Origin: Eledone cirrhosa
Taxonomy: Eukaryota
Assembly (NCBI GenBank): GCA_964016885.1
Contig: OZ024750.1
Span: 33,604,001-33,668,000 of the forward strand
Direction of reading: 5' to 3'
DNA length: 64,000 bases
How positions within the stretch are numbered: the first letter of the stretch is position 1; each line of letters begins with the position of its first letter. The translations under genes and the position numbers were made by a program. A model generated the notes under the pieces. The model ran no database searches and had not been told where the DNA came from. It was given only the letters and a program-made list of their open reading frames with translations. This document shows positions 1 through 11,722 of this stretch, in pieces.

Positions 1-480
1 TCCTTGATTTGTAGCAGGTGAAGTTACGTGGTAAAAACATGTTTTTATGTGGAACTTCTAAATAAAAAGGTGGGAATTTAATTGTATCCATTAAATCATC
101 TCCGTTTACAGCAAAAAAAAAAAATTTTAATTTACAACAAAATATAGTTTTTTGGCTTTTCTACCACTCGTAAACAAACAAAATTGCTACCACCTTTATA
201 TTAAAAAAAAAAACCACCTCCAACACATTTAAAAAATTGTGCGGAAAAATACATGTTGTTTACGGGAAGTAGACTGGAAAAAAATGAAATTCAATTCTTC
301 GGAATTATATTTATTTCACAACAAGAAATAAATAATGATTTTTGGCAGAAAATAACATAACATTTAGTAATTTAAATATCTCTAATAACGAATAAAGCAA
401 CAACATTGTAACACTAACATGTGAACATACATAAACACTCACAGTACAAGAGATATCCATAACTCAGTCCTTTATTAAAT

Positions 481-875
481 GGATGCAGCATGGCCGAATG
501 AATAGGAGTTCAGATTCAAATTACAAACAATTTTTTTTTTATGAATAGGAGTTCGTTTCACAATAATTAAGGCCCGGGTTCGATCCCACTGCGTGGGATT
601 TTGAGCAAGTGCCATTTACCATAGCTCCAGGGTGACTCATGATTTGGGAGTGAAATTATGTAGACAGTAACTGCTTGAAATCCTATTGAATGGACTGTAC
701 CTGTAAGCCATCTTTCTGAGAATTATATTAAGGGTACACGTGTCTGTGAAAAGCTCAGCCATTTATATTATTATAATACAAGATGAACTATACCTAAAAT
801 TCAAAGGATGAGTCTTGTCCCACACTGTGTCACGCTGAATCTCCCTGAGAATTATATTAAAGTGACACGTGTCTA
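481..875 (+). mobile_element. tRNA-derived SINE, degenerate, interrupted by a 29-bp insert
   Basis: A-box-like GCATGGCCGAATG and B-box GGTTCGATCCC, then TTGAGCAAGTG...; tail motif CTGAGAATTATATTAA..ACACGTGTCT occurs twice (~716, ~846). Confidence 0.65.
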
Positions 876-1295
876 AAGAATCTGTATAGAAGTACAAGTT
901 TTCATGACACCCGGACAAGAGGAAAATTCTGAAGCTGTTCTCCCTTGTGAGTTGAAAAAAAAAGATTAAGAAGGTTGCAGTGCAAGGTAAAAAGCTGTGT
1001 TAAGTCTGTGACAGTAAGACCCACTTAAGCGTTTTCTGTTCTTAAGAACAGGAAAAGCGAATGAAATGACAATAATTCAACCAGCAATGACTAGAGCCGC
1101 TTAACTTCACATTCCATCCGAGACTACTAGCTGCTTCATTTATAAACCAACAGTTGGTTGAGCCCGAGGTAAGTTGCGAATACCAGTAACACTCGTGTGA
1201 AAGGAGTTTACTAAAGACAAAATCAGTACAATTCAAGTACATGGGTAAATTAAATTGAATACATCCGCTATCAAAGTATGTGACACTATACTCCT

Positions 1296-1404
1296 GTTCG
1301 CCGAGGTTGACTTTGCCTTTCATCCTTACGGGGTCGATAAAATAAAGTACCAGTAATGCACTGGGTAATTGCTGGCCTTGTGCCTAAAGTAGAAACAATT
1401 ATTA
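1296..1404 (+). mobile_element. SINE family 1, 3' half
   Basis: CGCCGAGGTTGACTTTGCCTTTCATCCTTACGGGGTCGATAAAATAAAGTACCAGT...GTAGAAACAATTATT, repeated many times in the window. Confidence 0.9.
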
Positions 1405-3332
1405 TTTTTATCAATTTACATCGCTGCATTTTGCCTGTTAGTTTTCGTTTATGTCATTTTTCGCTATGTTTTTACCATGTTAAAAACATCGACTATTTTC
1501 AGCATAGAACTAAAACAGTATCATTTATCAAATCATTGCATGTTCGTAATTGTATGTGTCTATTATTAGCGACCACTTTTCTTTAATTTAGATGATTGAA
1601 TATGGAGTTTATCTTAATGATGCATGGACCCGTAAGTCCTGGGGGAGTTATGGGGGCACCGCACTGACATACGGCATATCTAGAACATCTTTAAATCTGG
1701 CAGAGCCCATTTCCTCTTCAGGTCTGAATACAGAAGGAGAGAAAGTGAGAGAGAACGGAAGTGAGAAAGAGATATGGAGGAAGAATCAACCGCATTACTT
1801 GAATGGTACTTTTTTATCGTGCTCGAATGAATAAAAGACTAAGTTGACCTCGGTGATATTCGAACTCAGATAGCAAAGAACCGGAACAAATACCGTAAAA
1901 GACGACGGAATCAGATTCAAATTACAAACAATTTTTTTTTTTTTTTTGCCCCAAGTGAGAATCTACCAATTTGCCACCCTATGTTAATGCTATAATTTCT
2001 AAACCAGAACAATTCAAGTGGGTCAGTTACACCTAAGAATATATCATGTAAATACAGTTTAATAGAAACAGAAAAAAGAAAATTTAGATTCAGGAAAAAG
2101 GAATGTAAAATAGGAAAATATTTTTTTTTTAAAAGAATAAAATGGAAAAGTAATGGAATGGCAAGGACTTTAGTGTCACAGAAGAATGGGGAGGGGTTGG
2201 GCTCTGGGCCTGGGGTGCCCTGCGGACAAGACGGAAAAATTATTTCCGCGAACAATTGCCAGTGACACCCGCTGCAACAGCCAACTCACCGCTCGGGGTT
2301 CCCTCCTCAGACGGGCGCCTACGTTCCAATCTTGCAGAGGAGCTCGACTGTACGGGGTCCAAGTATACATGATGTCTCGACGGTGACCGCTACGAAGAGG
2401 AAGCGCCCGGACAATCCCCGGTATTTGTTTGTCAAATAGGAATTGAATTTAACATAACGCAGCTCATTTGTTTTATTTGAATTTATTGGTTTGTTTCGTT
2501 TTTTAAAAATCAACAAAATGTTCGATGTATTTGGAATGTTGTTTTTCCTTATGATTGTCAGTTTAAACTGTCTAACTTGTGTGTATTACATGAAAAGAGA
2601 CATCAACGGATAACAAAGTGATAATAAGCATACGAAAGGGTTAATCTGTTCCACATTAAAATTGTAAATGACTGAGATTCCCTCTAGTAAATCAATCAAT
2701 AAATATTTGTTGAAAAAAAACAATAAATGAATAAATCGAAAATTTGATTTCTAATTTTTTTTAGATTAAAATGAAACATGACATTAGATGCACTTAACAT
2801 TGGTAACAACAGGGCCTTAACATTTTCACAGACACAGAAAGAAATAAAAAAAACAACCTTGCATTTCAATAATTTAATCTATAGTGTATCTCTGGAAGGG
2901 AGAGCTTGTAAAATGATTGGAAAGAAATAAACTTAATATTTAACGATCGATAAAACTTAATGGAAATTTTGAAACATTTAAAAAGAAATAAACTAGATAG
3001 TTCATTCTTTGGAATTTTCAAAATGTTCTTTATTCTTATTTACAATGGTTTCTGAAATACTCATTCTTTAAATCTAATGAGGGTGAATACTCCAAAAGGG
3101 TAGAAGGAGTTAAAATGACATGTATTAAATATTGATACTGCTGTAATATTGAAAACGGAATTTTTTTCATTTCTCGATATTCTATTTATATTTATATTTT
3201 CTTTCGTGAAAAAAATATGTTCCATTACATATAACTACTTTAAAATATGAAGTTTGTATTCTATTAAGAAACCAAAATAATTTTTATGATTAATGTAAAT
3301 TCTACACCATAACCTTTTATAATAATTCATAT

Positions 3333-3398
3333 TTCTCTCTCTCATCCTCTCAGTCTCTCTCGCTCTTTCTTTCTATTCGTCACTCTCTCTCTCTCGCG

Positions 3399-3449
<51 letters not shown>

Positions 3450-3720
3450 GTCTCGCTCTATCTCTCTCTCTCTCTCTCTTTGTCGCTCATTCTCTCTCTC
3501 TATCTCTCTCACTATCTCTCTCTCTCTTGATATATCTGTCTCTTTCACTCTATCTCTCTCTTGCCTTTCTCTCTCTTTCCTTACTCCCTTTATCTCTACC
3601 CCCTCTCTCTCTCTCTCTCTCTACTGTCTCACCCTATCTCTCTCTCTCTTTCTCTATCTCTCGTTCTCTCTCTTTCTCTCGTTCTCTCTCTCTCAGTCTC
3701 TCTCTCTCTCTCTCTCTCTC
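3333..3720. repeat. (CT)n-rich microsatellite
   Basis: Directly visible. Confidence 0.95.
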
Positions 3721-4083
3721 GTGTTTTCCATATATAAGAACCAGCTTTCTGCCGCAATAAATTCCAGTTTATAAGATATCTAACACAATTTACAATTACT
3801 AAAGAGATTTTCTGCATCACAGCCCAGGATTGCTTCTTCTTCTTATAACAATTTCTATTATTTACAAATATTTTATATAATTTCTCAGTTATCTCCTGTT
3901 GTTGTTGTTGTTGTTAAAAGTAAGAAATCGACGTCATTACAACGATATCCTTCATGTAATAATCCAATCTGGTGCAGCAATATCCGGCTGCGTTTCATTT
4001 ACAAAAGATTGGAAAATGGGAGGTAATGATGTTTTCAATGTTTTATTTGTCGCATCCATTGCACTTTTACGTCCTATCTCGTT

Positions 4084-4420
4084 ATTCTTTGTGTTTAAAC
4101 TACAGTCATATAATAAACTACACTGGCATGTAATATACTACACTGTCATTTAATAAACTACACTGTCATATAATAAACTACACTGTCATATAATTGTTTC
4201 TACGTTTGGCACAAGACCAGCAATTACCCAGTGCATTACTGGTACGATAAAATAAAGTACCAGTAATGCACTGGGTAATTGCTGGCCTTGTGCCAAACGT
4301 AGAAACAATTATATGATAGTGTAGTATATTATATGACAGCGTAGTTTATTAAATGACAGTGTAGTTTATTACATGATAGTGTAGTATATTATATGACAGT
4401 GTAGTTTAAACACAAAGAAT
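4084..4420. repeat. Fold-back inverted repeat of a SINE 3' end plus its 20-nt minisatellite flank
   Basis: Arms ~4084-4245 and 4257-4420, loop GATAAAATAAA; arms contain the SINE tail and TAATAAACTACACTGTCATA units. Confidence 0.9.
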
Positions 4421-5094
4421 TTGTACTTACTATCTCGTTACTATTATATTCTAGAGTAGTAGGAAACGTTTTAATGTTTCGGACGTTAGACCTTCAGCAG
4501 AAAATAAAATGAGAAATTAAAGAAGAAATAGAAAGATAGAGGGGAGTGAGCAGAGGCAGAAAGGATAAAAATATCTTCGAGCAAAAGCAGATCTATTCCT
4601 TTTATCATCTCTTAGAAAACTGTTGATAGGAGCATTTATATTCTAGTGTAGTATAAACACAAATGATTTGTACTTACTAGCTTGTTACTATTACATTCTA
4701 GTGTAGTTTCAATACAAATGTACTTTTATAAAGACTTGGTTCTGGTCTCTTCACGTCTTCATCTAAATATTTGAACAGGAATACGAGAAAATCTCTATTT
4801 CTGCAGAATTGTTATAATTCCAAATACTCTAAGATTTTAAATCTGGTGGGAGCCCATTCTTCTCCAGGTTGGAGTAAAACCGATTTGTTCGAGAGAAAAA
4901 AAAGCAAGAAAAAAAGAAAAGAACAGCGAGAACGAAAGAGAGAGAGAAAAAAATCTATACTGGTACTTTATTTTATCGACCTTGGAAGAAATTAAAGAAC
5001 TTAAAGGGCCATAACTAAATACTGCAAAGCATTTTGTCAGACGCTCTATTGAATCTGCAAATAAAAAGTAAAATTAGATAGAAGATGCAGAAGT

Positions 5095-5565
5095 CAAACT
5101 TGATATTCATGCCAGCCCTTACCTACGGTCATGAATCTTGGGTAATGACTGAAAGAATATGATCGCAAATACAAGCAGCCGAAATGAGGTTCCTCCGAAG
5201 GGTCTTTGGAGCAAAAGTTTCTTGATAGAGTGCGAAGCTGGGAGATCAGAGAGTCAATCCAGGTAGAGCCGCTACTTCTCCGAATTGAATGATCATAGTT
5301 CTGATACCATGAGCATGTGGTTAGAATGTCTCAGGAAAGAATCACTGGACAGATTTTATGGGCAAACCAACTTGCAGGTGACCCAGGGGTAAAGCCCGAG
5401 CAAAATGATTGGATAACATCCATGAGCTTGGTTGGTCTCACTTGGGGATCCAGCCGGATCAGTTGGAGATGGTTGCTTCTGGCAGTACCCGCTGGAAGGA
5501 GTGTTTGAGGACTCTGCCCACCACGACCTTCTCAAGAAGAAGAAGAAGAAGAAGAAGAAGAAGAA
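5095..5565 (+). mobile_element. RTE-clade LINE 3' fragment with (AAG)n tail, degenerate
   Basis: Reads IFMPALTYGHESWVMTERI*SQIQAAEMRFLRRV...HVVRMSQER; (GAA)n at ~5536-5565; a second fragment lies on the minus strand at ~39388-39492. Confidence 0.85.
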
Positions 5566-6319
5566 AACCTCAAAGTGATGAAGATAAATTTGACCTCGGT
5601 GGGATTTGAACTCAGAGTACAGCGAGTCAGAAGAAATACCGAGTCCCAAACGACTCTACCATAAAGTTAGTAATACTGTAAAATCAAATATTATAGTTAC
5701 ACCTTCCCAATTGATTTTCAAACAAAAGCTAGATCGATATAATGTTTAGTTTGATTTTGCTTTTGTTGTTGATTCTACTTATTCTTTTTTTAGTGTTTTT
5801 GATTTTGTTTTCAATTAGGAAGAGTTCTAAAGTTTTCTTACCTCCAAATAATCAGTATAAGATTTAGATAATTATAGTTAATATAAACTAACACATTCTT
5901 GTTGAAATAATTATAGAAATCTTCTCAAAACACTTTCATATTACCAACTGATTTATTATGCAATATAAGTAGCTCTGTTTGTTTGTTTGGGTATTTGGGG
6001 GACGGGGGGTTTGGTAATTTGACCTATTATGTCTTCAGACTTCGAATATTGTTACATATAATCAATTATGGTGCTGCCCCAACATGGCCTCAGTTTGGCG
6101 GCTGGAAAAGTTAAAGTTGTGAAAACATAATAAACACAAAATAAAATCAATTAAAAAATAGTCTGTTGAATGAATTTTCTAGTTCTTTTTGTATTAGTTT
6201 TAGTTCTTGCTGTACAGTAATGCAGACCAACACCTAACACTGGGCCTAAATACTAGAAGGTATATTTGCTCGATTCTCTTAACATATTCGGTCATACATC
6301 ATCGATATACATATATACA

Positions 6320-6543
6320 TAAGGTGAAACAATTGTTCTCGGTATGGTGAACTAACTGTTGTGTAACCACTTCTACCTAACTCTACATAGTGGTAGAACA
6401 CTGGAAGGTAATATCCGTAGTGGTAGAGCACTCAGTCCATGGGACAAGTTAGGTAGAAGTGGTTACGATTACGAGCTGAGGATCCGCTAAGGTGAAACAA
6501 TTGTTCTCGGTATGGTGAACTAACTGTTGTGTAACCACTTCTA
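6320..6543 (+). mobile_element. 168-nt-period HHR-bearing element, 1.33 copies (retrozyme or PLE pseudo-LTR-like)
   Basis: 56-nt direct repeat at 6320-6375 and 6488-6543; internal perfect 20-bp stem 6363-6382/6447-6466; TA-rich flanks. Confidence 0.75.
6472..6509 (+). ncRNA. Minimal type I hammerhead ribozyme motif
   Basis: CGAG-CTGAGGA-tCCgctaaGGt-GAAA-CAATTG-TT-CTCG: stem I CGAG/CTCG, short stem II, palindromic stem III, GUU site. Confidence 0.7.
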
Positions 6544-6616
6544 TATATATATATACACACACAAAGTTTTATTAGTTTCACGTTTGAGGGGAAGTAAATG
6601 AGGATTTCAACATATC

Positions 6617-7123
6617 AGTTTCAGATCAGTTGATCTCAGTTTCAGATCAGTTTGTTTCAGTTTCAGATCAGTTGATCTCAGTTTCAGATCAGTTGATCTC
6701 AGTTTCAGATCAATTGATCTTAATTTAAGATCAGTTGGTCTTATTTTAAGATCAGTTGGTCTCAGTTTGAGATCAGTTGATCTCAGTTTCAGATCAGTTG
6801 ATCTCAGTTTCAGATCAGTTTGTTTCAGTTTCAGATCAGTTGATCTCAGTTTCAGATCAGTTGAGCTCAGTTGATCTCAGTTTCAGATCAGTTGAGCTCA
6901 GTTGATTATCAGTTTCAGATCAGTTGAGCTCAGTTGATTATCAGTTTCAGATCAGTTGATCTCAGTTTCAGATCAGTTGATCTTAATTTAAGATCAGTTG
7001 GTCTCAGTTTGAGATCAGTTGATCTCAGTTTCAGATCAGTTGATCTCAGACTCAGATCAGTTGATCTCAATTTAAGATCAGTTGATCTCCATTTACGATC
7101 AGTTGGTCTCAGTTTGAGATCAG
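6617..7123. repeat. 21-nt minisatellite AGTTTCAGATCAGTTGATCTC
   Basis: More than 20 imperfect tandem copies. Confidence 0.95.
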
Positions 7124-7302
7124 ATGGTTTCAGTACTTTTATGTATTGGTTATTGTTTATTAATAGCTTCTTGTATTATCAAACTTTTATGAATTTTTTA
7201 TAGAAGTGAAGAGTACTGTGTCAATAAAATCATTTTATTCTTCAATTATCATTGTTTATAAAATGATTAGTGTCTGTCTTCTGTTTATCTAGTCCATCAA
7301 TC

Positions 7303-7496
<194 letters not shown>

Positions 7497-8194
7497 AGGT
7501 GTTGATGATGTATTTTGTGTTTTCGACTTCTGAACACATATTTTAGATTTGTTCAATCAAATCTCTCATCTTTCACTTTCATTTGGAAGTTTCATTACAT
7601 TTTCGTTGAAGAAGAAAATATATGCAATAGTAAAATGTCGTTAGACAAAATTGCTTCTGACGTTTATCACTGTGTAGTGTAATAAATTTGATGGAGATAT
7701 TTTCTTACAGATAAATAGATTTTTTAGTCTGAATTTTAATTATTTTTCTTCTACCTATATGATCAAACATTTCAGGCAATATTACAAAATAAATTACTTT
7801 TATAATCGAATTATGAGCTTACTGTAAAGTTTATTTTAGTATAAAATATCTGACCTCTACAAAAAGATTACACGTAAGTTGTTTCCTTTATATGCTACCA
7901 TACATTGTTGATAATGTTTTACAAAACTTATTTGTCAATATTAAATTATCAATGAATTAACAGCTAAGATTTTCATCGTAATGTCTTATTAGATATTACC
8001 GACATTGGGTCAGAAGTGACCCCCAATTATGTCTGTATAAATATTTCTATTTTCTGTCTCTAATTAGTAATTATAATATTTATAATATCACTTTACATTA
8101 AATTATGTAATTATACTTCTGCTATGAGCTTTAATTTTGAAAGTAATAATTTAAATTAAAATGTACCACAGAGGTATACACTGTAATAATTTTG

Positions 8195-8680
8195 GTATAA
8201 ATTCTACAATTTTCACATAAGTTTATAAAATTTATATGAAATATTTCGTTTCCATATAACATGTATAACTTTGAAAATATCACATATAACGAAATTTGTT
8301 ACGATAAAAATTCTAGATAATAGGGAATATAAGACTCCTTAACGGGAGAAAATGGGACATTATCACCTGTGGGACTCGAACCCACATCTTCATGCTTGTC
8401 GGGCTAATATGCGACGGGCACTTTGATGTAATGGTAGCATAGCAGCCCAGCAAGCATGAAGGTGTGGGGTCGATTCCCGCTGGTGCTAAACTCCATTTTT
8501 CTTCTTGTTAAGGAGGCTTATATGCCCTATTAATTCGACTGTATTTCTATTGACAAAATTCAATGGTGCCTCAAACATTCTCACAAATTTCAAATGTCTT
8601 TCATCATTTCGAAAACCACACTTTTGTATCATATATAACTTTCATATAAAATCTATAAAATTTATGTAGTATAGAATTTG
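8195..8680. repeat. Old diverged inverted repeat centred on two tRNA-like heads
   Basis: AATAGGGAATATAAGACTCCTTAAC (~8319) versus GTTAAGGAGGCTTATATGCCCTATT (~8507); tRNA-like GGCACTTTGATGTAATGGTAGCAT...GGGGTCGATTCCCGCTGGTGCT at ~8417-8487. Confidence 0.7.
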
Positions 8681-10559
8681 TTTATATAACACTAAACGAA
8701 ATGTTAACTTTCTCTTCGTTCTGAGTTCCACGACCAGATAATTCGCTCTTTCTGATGAGAACCACGAGGGAACTCGATCTGTTAAAAACGGTTGTCAAGT
8801 CTCTCTAAAATCACATTCTTTTGTATTAAAAACAGAAAACACATTAGATAATGAAGTTCTGTTTTTCTTTACTGGAAAATTTAACAAACAATACTACATC
8901 ATATAACAGAAACTACTACTAGAAAAGAAAATTTAATTTACACGTTACACATTTGAAAACTGTAAATCTTCTCTCAGAAACATCTGTGGCCTTTTGTTAA
9001 TGTGAGACACATCATTAGCATCGCTGAAGATGGGGAAATGGCAAGTTTTATATCATGTTACAAAGAAATCATTGCATTAGTTGTTGTTGTTTTTTTTGTT
9101 TTTGTTTTTGTTTTTTTGTTTTTTGTCTTTTTTGTTGTTGTTTTTTTTTTCTAAAGCCACCAGCGTTGACCTTATATTTCATTCATCTGGGTTTCAACAA
9201 AGTGTCCTTCAACCGAATACTCCCCAATTTGTTATCAAATGCCAAGAATTTAAGAAACCACCATTAATATAGTTATGTAGCGTCGAATCATGGAATTAGT
9301 TTATACGGCAGCCTGGCAATAACCATTTTTTTTCTTTCAATATCTTCCAGGTTTTCGTTGAACTTCAGATAAAGCAAGTCAGGCTACTGCAGAGTTTTTC
9401 TAGCATGTGATAAAAGATAAAAATGAGAAACGCCAACAGTTTCAATATATGTTTAAACTAAATATATTGAAACTGCTAATGATAGTGCTTTATGTCAAAG
9501 TTAGGAGAAGGTTCTAATCGATATAATCGATCCCTTAATTGACTGGTACTTACATTATCGATTCCAGAAGGATTAAAACAAAGTGAACTACAATTGTGAG
9601 ATACGTAATAAATGACTGAGAAGTTTCAGAAAGCCGGTACAATGTGGTAGCAATATATAAAGGGTAAAGGATGGCAAAGTAATGTTTTACCCAGTATATT
9701 TCAATATGATATTTCGGGGCTAATATCTCTTTTCGAATGTGGAGGCACGCTACTGTTTCAGCAATATTCTCGAAATACCGTTGTCTTGCTGTTCAGACAT
9801 CGAGGTAATATATGATTACATCATTTTATAAATACAAACTAAAACTGGTGGCTTCAATGAAATTCTACCAATAACAAAACCGATTTGTAATTTGATTTCT
9901 TGCCTGATATTTACAATATTCTTCATTCTATTATGGTGCAGGACAGATATGACCACAAAATGTTTAATGCTTCAAGTAAATTAACCTGATACTGTTAATG
10001 AGAAAATTTATCGCTTAAGCTTTATCGACAAATACTGATGACAGAAATCGTGAAGCGCCTAATACACTTTTATTATCAGTAAAACTAAAATGAAACTCTC
10101 TTTTCACTGCCATCAGCGGCTACCATAATCCTATGCATTAACAAATAATTAAAATTTCAAATTGAAAAAGACTATTTTTGCAGTGAACATTATATTATAG
10201 CTTCCAAGTATAGAATTAACATTTTGGTATTTCCCATTCCTCTACTATTTCATTTTCAATTTGTTAACTACCATTGTTATTTTCTTAAACAGATTTATGT
10301 TTCTAGTCGCTCTTTGTTACTTTCTCCTTGTCTTCTTCTATTCTTTAACTATCAACATTGCCTGTGAATATGTATATTCTATACCCTCCTTTGTGAATAG
10401 ATCTTAACGGGTTGTTAAAGAAAAGAAATAATCCCAAATTAAATTTAAAATGTAAATAAAATTGTCCATGTCTTTCTCATAAGTATCAATAATGTAAAGT
10501 AGAATTGGAAACTTACTCACAGATCTGGTTTACCCACAGCAAATCTCTAACTCTAATGT

Positions 10560-11225
10560 CTAGATAACCTCTTATAATTACCCCGTATGGCTAGGTAACC
10601 TATACAACTAAAGCTGTAGTCATGGATTGTCAAGATAGCCCATACAGCTATAGTTAAACTGGCGGACTGTCAAGATAACCTATAAAACTATAGTTAAATT
10701 GACCATCTATCTGGATATGTACAGCTATAGATAGATTGACGAACTGTCAACATAACATGTACATCTATAGATAGATTGACAGACTGTCAACATAACATCT
10801 ACAACTATAGATAAATTGACAGACTGTCAACATAACCTGTACAACTATAGATAGATTGACAGACTGTCAACATAACCTGCACAACTATAGATAGATTGAC
10901 GGACAGCCTGTCAACAAAACCTGCACAACTATAGATAGATTGACAGACTGTCAACATAACCTGCACAACTATAGATAGATTGACGGACTGCCTGTCAACA
11001 TAACCTGCACAACTATAGATAGATTGACAGACTGTCGACATAACCTGCACAACTATAGATAGATTGACAACCTGTTAGCATAACCTGCACAACTACAGCT
11101 AGATTGGCGGACTCTCAACATAGCCTGTACAACTATAGCTAGATTGACGGACTGTCAACATAGCCTGTACAACTATAGCTAGATTGACGGACTGTCTGTT
11201 TACATGACCTGTGCAACTAGAGATA
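10560..11225. repeat. 40-44-nt minisatellite with an internal hairpin
   Basis: Unit CTATAGATAGATTGACAGACTGTCAACATAACCTGCACAA; TTGACAG-A-CTGTCAA is self-complementary. Confidence 0.92.
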
Positions 11226-11499
11226 GACATTTACTGTTTAGAAACTATTCGTTGAAATAAAATATATTCTTTCTGACACAGACACAAGGCCAGCAGTCTG
11301 TGATGGGAATATTGATTATATCAATACAGTAATTAACTGCCACTTTAATTCATCGACCCCCAGGAAGATGAAATGTAAAGTTGACCCCGGCTGAATTTGA
11401 ACTTAGAACGACACTACCAGACATCCGCCCTCGTCGAAATAAATATAAGAAACATAATATACTTTCAGTGAAAGTCTTGTGTTATTAAAAGTGTTCTTA

Positions 11500-11722
11500 G
11501 GGCGGTGGGTTGGCAGAATCGGTAGATCGTCGGGCAAAATGTTTTGCAGTATTTAGTTATGGCGCTTTACGTTCTGATTTCAAATACTATTGAAGCTAGC
11601 TTCGCCATTCATCCTTACGGGGTTGATAAAATAAAGTACCAGTAACGCACTAAGATCAATTTAGTCGACTTTCCCTTTCTCTTGAAATTGCTAGCCTTGT
11701 GCCAAATGAGGAAACAATTATT
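11500..11722 (+). mobile_element. SINE family 1 relative, near full length
   Basis: TGGCAGAATCGGTAG A-box, TTCAAAT B-box remnant, GGGGTTGATAAAATAAAGTACCAGT core. Confidence 0.8.

Noticed and set aside
1042-1323. 93-aa ORF as a host gene
   Set aside because: It starts inside a SINE (MKGKVNL) and has no recognisable domain
8417-8487. Functional tRNA gene
   Set aside because: The anticodon arm does not pair well and the T-loop is altered; it looks like a SINE head or pseudogene
8750-8790. Hammerhead at CTGATGAGAACC (also the CTGATGA sites at ~12153 and ~14239)
   Set aside because: No GAAA after a stem II and no stem I
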